Source of the DNA: Blastocatellia bacterium | GTDB lineage: Bacteria; Acidobacteriota; Blastocatellia; UBA7656 | DNA: 64,000 nt | Direction: 5' to 3' | Assembly (NCBI GenBank): GCA_963765495.1 | Contig: CAVXWP010000001.1 | Span: 1,152,001 to 1,216,000 of the forward strand | Shown here: piece by piece, positions 58,731-64,000 of the stretch | Numbering within the stretch: position 1 is the stretch's first letter | How the letters are laid out: every line of letters starts with the position of its first letter | Notes under the pieces: model-generated | What the model saw: only the letters and a program-made list of their open reading frames with translations | Told to the model about the DNA's origin: nothing | Databases searched by the model: none | Position numbers and translations under genes: made by a program

Positions 58731-59780
58731 ATGAAATTGAAACAAACGGTCATCGCAGTATTAGCCGTTGCGTTCGTGCTGGGCAATATCACGGGATTTA
58801 GAGCGTCGGCCTATGCCGTGCGTCCCCGCCCGGCGCAGACTACGGATACGCTTTTGCGGATGCTGCCGAGCTTTGGCGGTGTCGTCACTATCGATGTCAC
58901 GCAACTCAATCAGGAGATCGAGCAACAGGTAGCCGGAAACGTTGATCTGGCCTCAAAAATTCATACGAAACTCGCGCAGATGGCCGCAAAGACCGGCGTT
59001 GATGCGCAGACGATAGATCAGATCGCAATAAGTTTTTCACTGCCCGGCGGGGCAGGCCAGCCGCATTCGGTCGTCGTAGCCTCGGGCGTTTTCAATCAGG
59101 ATCAAATCCTTGCCCGCTTGCGCGAAAGCTCCGGCAAGAAATGGAAAAAGAAAAATTACAGCGGCGAGAACATCTATATCGCGCCTGCCCGAAAAGGGAA
59201 GAATAAGAAGTCGGAAACCCGCGCCGCTATATCCTTTTTCGATAATCAATCCATAGTGGCGTTTGGGCCTTTCGAAGATGTCAAAAAGGCCGTGGACGCG
59301 CGCTCGGGCGCTGCGCCGAGCGCTGTTCAGGATGCGACTTTGATCGCGGCTCTCAATCAAACAAGCGTCAACGCATCCGTCCGATTTGCCTTCGCCATAC
59401 CCGAAGAGATTCGGCAGTTGCTTGCGAACGCTTCCGGCCCCGGCGCTTTTCTTCGCCCGCTTTCTAAAGTCACCGAGGTTACAGGGTCGGTTGATTTGAA
59501 CGACGCCGGGCTGCTGGCGAGTGTTTCGCTGCTCACCGCGTCATCCGGGGAATCGGCAAGTGTAGTTGCGCTTGTAAATCAGGGTCTCGCGCTTGCCCGA
59601 TTGGCGCTTTCCGGCCACGATGATTTGCTTGAAATCCTCGACGGTGTAAGCGCCGCCGCCGTAGGTAATACGGCTCAGATAACCGTCAGCCTCTCTGCCG
59701 ATTTGATAAACAGGTTGATAGAAGAATACGGCGCGCGCGGATTTCACCTCGGGCGGAAAAAGGCCGCCGCCGCTCAGTAA
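58731..59780 (+). CDS. Exported hypothetical protein
   Basis: 349-aa ORF with RBS (GGAG) and signal peptide; no recognised motif. Confidence 0.7.
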   Translation: MKLKQTVIAVLAVAFVLGNITGFRASAYAVRPRPAQTTDTLLRMLPSFGGVVTIDVTQLNQEIEQQVAGNVDLASKIHTKLAQMAAKTGVDAQTIDQIAISFSLPGGAGQPHSVVVASGVFNQDQILARLRESSGKKWKKKNYSGENIYIAPARKGKNKKSETRAAISFFDNQSIVAFGPFEDVKKAVDARSGAAPSAVQDATLIAALNQTSVNASVRFAFAIPEEIRQLLANASGPGAFLRPLSKVTEVTGSVDLNDAGLLASVSLLTASSGESASVVALVNQGLALARLALSGHDDLLEILDGVSAAAVGNTAQITVSLSADLINRLIEEYGARGFHLGRKKAAAAQ

Positions 59781-59805
59781 GCACCCGGTTTCAATGAACC
59801 TGTTT

Positions 59806-59895
59806 TTTGACAGGATTGACAGGATTCAAAGAGGATTAGACAGGATTTAAAGAGAATCTTGTTGAATCCAATCTAATCCTGTCAATCCTGTCAAA
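59806..59895. repeat. 9-mer (GACAGGATT)-armed palindromic element
   Basis: TTTGACAGGATTGACAGGATT...AATCCTGTCAATCCTGTCAAA. Confidence 0.85.
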
Positions 59896-59925
59896 GCTTT
59901 CATCTCTCCCGCAAAAAGGCGAAGC

Positions 59926-59954
59926 TTGACACCACTATGAGCGGGCTATATTCT
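59926..59954 (+). promoter_or_regulatory. Sigma70-like promoter of glnA
   Basis: TTGACA-N17-TATTCT. Confidence 0.55.
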
Positions 59955-60019
59955 CGATAGTCAAATGTTGCACTCTTCCATTTACTATTGAACGTATAAA
60001 ACAGGAGGGACACATCCGA

Positions 60020-61429
60020 ATGGATCCGAAGACGGTATTGCGGTTTGTTGTTGATGAGCAGATCAAGTTTGTGGATTTGCGTTTCACTGATTTGCCGGGC
60101 GCGTGGCATCACCTGACGATTCCGATCAGCCAGTTTAACGAAGATTCATTTGAATCAGGCATAGGCTTTGACGCCTCTTCCTTGAGAGGCTGGGCTACGA
60201 TTAACGAGTCCGACATGCTCTTGATACCCGATTCCGAGCGGTTCTGGGTAGACCCTTTTTATGAAGAGCCTACGCTTTGCATGTTCGCAAACGTAGTCGA
60301 TCCGATGACGAAAGAAGGCTACTCGCTCGACCCTCGCTCGGTCGCTACCCGAGCCGAAAGCTATCTTCGATACACAGGCATTGCCGATACCTGCTACTTC
60401 GGCCCCGAAGCCGAGTTCTTTGTCTTCGACCATGTGAGCTATCACAATGAAGTCAACAGCGCGGGCTATCGCTTCGATTCCTCGGAAGGGATATGGAATT
60501 CGGGCCGCGATGAAGACAATCTGGGCTATCGCGTCCGCCACAAGGAAGGCTATGTGCCGGTCCCACCCGTTGACTCTCTGCACGACCTCCGCTCCGACAT
60601 AGTTCAGAATCTGCAAGGCGTAGGCATAGAGCCTGAGATGCACCATCACGAAGTGGCGAGCGGCGGCCAGTGCGAAGTGGACATCAGATTCGCGTCCCTT
60701 CTGGGCACGGCCGATAACCTGATGGTCTTCAAATACATAGTCAAGAACACGGCCTATTATTATGGAAAGGCGGCGACCTTCATGCCAAAGCCTATGTTTG
60801 GCGATAACGGCAGTGGGATGCATTGCCATCAAAGCCTGTGGAAAGATGAAAAGCCTCTGTTTGCGGGTGACAGATACGCGGGATTGTCCGAGATGGCGCT
60901 CTATTACGCGGGCGGCATACTCAAGCACGCCGCCGCGATAGCCGCCTTCGCCGCGCCAACCACGAACAGCTACAAACGGCTGGTTCCGGGTTATGAAGCG
61001 CCTGTGAATCTGGCCTACTCCCGACGCAATCGCTCGGCAGCAATACGAATCCCTATGTATTCGCCTTCTGCCGGGGCAAAGCGACTCGAAGTGCGATTCC
61101 CCGACCCGTCCTGCAATCCGTACCTCGCGTTTTCGGCTATGATGATGGCCGGACTTGACGGAATTCAAAGCCGGATCGAGCCGGGCGAGCCGCTCGATAA
61201 GGATATTTACGATCTGTCGCCCGAAGAATTGGAGAATGTGCCTACCCTGCCCGCGACTTTAGACCGCGCGCTCGAAGCGCTCGAAGCCGATCACGAGTTC
61301 CTGTTGAAGGGCGATGTGTTTACCGAGGGGCTTATCGAGCGATGGATCAGGTACAAGCAGCAGAAAGAAGTAGACCCGATTCGCATGCGACCGCACCCGC
61401 TCGAATTCGCGATGTACTTCGATGTTTAG
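60020..61429 (+). CDS. glnA: Glutamine synthetase type I
   Basis: [55 protein letters not shown]. Confidence 0.97.
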   Translation: MDPKTVLRFVVDEQIKFVDLRFTDLPGAWHHLTIPISQFNEDSFESGIGFDASSLRGWATINESDMLLIPDSERFWVDPFYEEPTLCMFANVVDPMTKEGYSLDPRSVATRAESYLRYTGIADTCYFGPEAEFFVFDHVSYHNEVNSAGYRFDSSEGIWNSGRDEDNLGYRVRHKEGYVPVPPVDSLHDLRSDIVQNLQGVGIEPEMHHHEVASGGQCEVDIRFASLLGTADNLMVFKYIVKNTAYYYGKAATFMPKPMFGDNGSGMHCHQSLWKDEKPLFAGDRYAGLSEMALYYAGGILKHAAAIAAFAAPTTNSYKRLVPGYEAPVNLAYSRRNRSAAIRIPMYSPSAGAKRLEVRFPDPSCNPYLAFSAMMMAGLDGIQSRIEPGEPLDKDIYDLSPEELENVPTLPATLDRALEALEADHEFLLKGDVFTEGLIERWIRYKQQKEVDPIRMRPHPLEFAMYFDV

Positions 61430-61438
61430 GAGGCGCTG

Positions 61439-61936
61439 ATGAATCATTACAGACTCCGGGCGAGCGCATTGCTGTTTGCCGTCATCCTGTTTGCAGGCGC
61501 GGCCCACGCCGATGACCCGAAGAAGCCTCGCGTAGAGATGAAGCGCGTCAAGATCAATCGAGTCGATCTGCCTAATCGCACGGCCGATGTCACGGTCTCT
61601 GTCGAGATAGAAAACCCCGGCTCGTCTTTCAGGGTCAAAGACGTAAAGTACAAACTCAAGCTCAACGGCGAAGAGGCCGCCGCAGGAAAATACAAGCAGG
61701 AGATCAAAGTGCCCTCAGCCTCGACCGTCACGATTGACGTGCCGCTCACGGTAAACCTGATAGCCCTGCCCGTCGCTGCCTTTGGCGCGGTCTCGGAAGG
61801 ATTTGTATTGCGTTACGAACTTGAAACCGAGTTCACCGTGCCGATATTCGCGTTTTACAATCGCAAGGTCAAATCCGTTTTTGCAGGTGACATGCCGCTC
61901 GCGGGCCTGCTGTCGGCCGCGCCTCCCAAGCAATGA
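61439..61936 (+). CDS. LEA type 2 family exported protein
   Basis: Signal peptide, V.IENP...Y.L.LNG pattern. Confidence 0.75.
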   Translation: MNHYRLRASALLFAVILFAGAAHADDPKKPRVEMKRVKINRVDLPNRTADVTVSVEIENPGSSFRVKDVKYKLKLNGEEAAAGKYKQEIKVPSASTVTIDVPLTVNLIALPVAAFGAVSEGFVLRYELETEFTVPIFAFYNRKVKSVFAGDMPLAGLLSAAPPKQ

Positions 61937-61973
61937 AAAGAATCAAACGGGATTGAATCCCGTCAAAAAAATT

Positions 61974-62483
61974 GTGAGTGAATCAAAGCCCCTTTCACCG
62001 TTGATACTGGCAAAATTCGAAGAACAGATCGAGCGCGCCGATCATCTGCTTCACCTCATACCCGAAGGCAAAGATGATTGGCGTCCCTTGCCGAAAGCCC
62101 TCAGTCTGTGCGAACTCCTCGGCCATCTGCTCGAATGTCTCGCCGGGGTTTGCGCCGCGCTTTATGCGCTGAAAAGCGCGCGGCTGGCTCATTTTGAGAA
62201 CCTGCGCGAGTTGCCTGTGAATCACTGCTGCGCAGTTGAGGAGGCACGTGAGCGCATCTCTCAGTATCTGGCCTGCATAAAGGAAGGTTTCGCGCTCGTA
62301 GAAGATGCGGATCTTGCCCGGAGATTGCCCACCGTCTTTACGACCGAGGGAGAGGCCGCGCTGACCATATTGCTCGGAAACCTGGAGCACCTGATCAATC
62401 ACAAATACCAGTTGTTTTTTTATCTTAAGCTTTTAGGCGTCACGGTCGGCACAGGCGACCTCTATCACCTGCGCGGAAGCTAA
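61974..62483 (+). CDS. DinB family protein (start uncertain)
   Basis: WRP, ELLGHL, EHLINHKYQLFFYLKLLG..VGT.DLY. Confidence 0.75.
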   Translation: MSESKPLSPLILAKFEEQIERADHLLHLIPEGKDDWRPLPKALSLCELLGHLLECLAGVCAALYALKSARLAHFENLRELPVNHCCAVEEARERISQYLACIKEGFALVEDADLARRLPTVFTTEGEAALTILLGNLEHLINHKYQLFFYLKLLGVTVGTGDLYHLRGS

Positions 62484-62495
62484 ACCCGCCTTTGC

Positions 62496-62819
62496 TCACA
62501 TCCCTCGAAAAAAACACGTGCGCTCGCCCGTATGACACGCAGGCCCGCGCGCATCTACCCGCACGAGCAAGGTGTCGCCATCGCAATCGACCGAGATCGA
62601 GACTACGCGCTGAGTGTTCCCCGAAGTCTCCCCCTTGTGCCAGAGCGCCGAGCGCGAGCGGCTCCAAAACCACGTCTCGCCCGTTTCGATGGTTTTCGTC
62701 AAGGAATCGGCATTCATGTATGCGAGCATAAGCACCTCGCCCGTAGCCGCGTCCTGAACGATTGCGGGCACAAGGCCGCGTTCGTCAAACTTCACATCTT
62801 CACGCCCGTAGCCGGTCAT
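62496..62819 (-). CDS. hisI: Phosphoribosyl-AMP cyclohydrolase
   Basis: [44 protein letters not shown]. Confidence 0.96.
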   Translation of the reverse strand: MTGYGREDVKFDERGLVPAIVQDAATGEVLMLAYMNADSLTKTIETGETWFWSRSRSALWHKGETSGNTQRVVSISVDCDGDTLLVRVDARGPACHTGERTCFFRGM

Positions 62820-62910
62820 GGGCTGATTATACAATCCAATGATGAAATAGCCACAGAGACACAAAGAAAAAAACTCTCCGTCTCCAGGGCCATTTACTTC
62901 TCAAGAAATA

Positions 62911-62988
62911 CTTGGCGTGCTTAGGGTACTTTGCGCCTTTGCGAGAAATAGAATCACGCAAAGGTGCAAAGCCGCAAAGTACGCCAAG
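62911..62988. repeat. 8-mer (CGCAAAGN)-armed palindromic element
   Basis: CTTGGCGT...CTTTGCGCCTTTGCG AGAAATAGAATCA CGCAAAGGTGCAAAG...ACGCCAAG. Confidence 0.8.
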
Positions 62989-63073
62989 CATTTTTATAAA
63001 GCAATCAGCGGCTTCCTACGATCTTGGCAGATCAACCTGAGAATTAAATGCCCTCACGGATTTTGCTTATCGT

Positions 63074-64000
63074 TTATCTGATCGGCAGGCTCGGGTCGCC
63101 AAACAGTATCCACGTACGCCGAACATCCGGGTCATTTATCGCCTGCTTGGCTTTTATTATCGCTTCGCCTATCGTCACGGGCTGGCCTGTTCTATTTTTT
63201 ACAGCGAATAACTGGCGATACAATTCCCGGTTCATCTGTGCCTGGGCGTCGGGCGCGGTCAGGGCCGATGATGCCCAGACGGCTACCGCTCCGCCTTCGG
63301 ATTTCATCAACGCTTCTGCAAGGCTGTCTGAGTGCGGGTCCTGAAATAATCCGTTCAAACAGGTCATCGTCAGAAACAGCGATAACTTGTTCTGATTTGT
63401 GAGCGTCGCGGCATCTTCTCTCGCAAACAGCCCGCCACGCCAGAGGCCGAGTGACCCGTGTCCGGCGTAATTGACCAGAATTTTTCCACGGTTGATTGCC
63501 AAGATAATCTGCGCCCGCGCTTCGGTATCGCTCATCTGTGATCGAAACACCTCTTCGACGGCCACTCCCCCGGGCAAATAGTCGCGAACTGCGCGGCTGG
63601 CTGCTTCGAAATCGAATCCATCGTTGCGATCCGTTACCATCAAGACGCCTGTGCTCCTTCCCTGCTGATCGAATCTGATGAGTTTTTCTATCATCGTTTC
63701 AGCCTCGCTTCGAGTGCGAGCGGGCAAACGCCCTACGGCCATTTCAGGCACTCCATCCGCGTTGAAATCGACAAGCCAGTCGTCGCTTGCCGTCTCGTGC
63801 ACAGATGTCTCTACAAGGCGAGTGGGCACAAGGTCCCAGTCCCCGAACCCCAGATGATTGCGCGGGTCAAAGCTCGAATCCCCAACCAGGAGCACAAACC
63901 TCGGCGGCTTTTTCCAGTTGCTCTTCGCGCAGGCGAGAAAATCCCGAACGGCGAAAGGGGACCGCGCCCCATAATTGAATTCGTCATACAGGTCTTCGAC
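63074..64000 (-). CDS. C25 family (gingipain/PorU-like) cysteine peptidase, 5' part outside window
   Basis: EDLYDEF, VLLVGD, SDDW, AVGRLP, NYAGHG (His), MTCLNG (Cys), LFGDP; frame open to window end. Confidence 0.88.
   Translation of the reverse strand, partial: VEDLYDEFNYGARSPFAVRDFLACAKSNWKKPPRFVLLVGDSSFDPRNHLGFGDWDLVPTRLVETSVHETASDDWLVDFNADGVPEMAVGRLPARTRSEAETMIEKLIRFDQQGRSTGVLMVTDRNDGFDFEAASRAVRDYLPGGVAVEEVFRSQMSDTEARAQIILAINRGKILVNYAGHGSLGLWRGGLFAREDAATLTNQNKLSLFLTMTCLNGLFQDPHSDSLAEALMKSEGGAVAVWASSALTAPDAQAQMNRELYRQLFAVKNRTGQPVTIGEAIIKAKQAINDPDVRRTWILFGDPSLPIR

Noticed and set aside
60155-61168. 337-aa ORF antisense to glnA
   Set aside because: Shadow ORF with no recognisable domain

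Overview
Gene-dense bacterial chromosome segment of about 53 CDS. The gene content (duplicated ADOP-type ABC permeases, BlaI + M56-TonB fusion, Ser/Thr kinase-PD40, DUF4097/DUF5916 proteins) suggests Acidobacteriota, possibly Blastocatellia; this is an inference. Housekeeping genes: ligA, purF, purM, purD, purE, glnA, hisI, bshC, partial potAB. No rRNA, tRNA, CRISPR array, transposase or prophage was seen. Non-obvious signals: (1) about 22 intergenic elements built from 7-, 8-, 9- or 10-nt tandem repeats, mostly as inverted arms around a core. Cores are homologous within a family, and several elements supply stop codons to neighbouring genes. (2) A 144-bp MITE with 19-bp TIRs and a 9-bp target duplication. 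(3) An ECF sigma/anti-sigma cluster with four DUF4097 proteins, where a promoter-like motif TG(A/C)AAC-N17-CACT occurs three times and links it to a divergent ABC exporter. (4) A shared tandem OmpR-type box beside a CpxRA-like system. (5) A consensus sigma54 promoter with an upstream palindrome before an HD-GYP/GGDEF gene. (6) A carbamoyltransferase with eroded catalytic motifs. (7) A clamp-binding-like motif in a LigA insertion. (8) A similar C-terminal Ig-like domain on two unrelated exported enzymes. All calls come from reading motifs by eye; no database searches were run.
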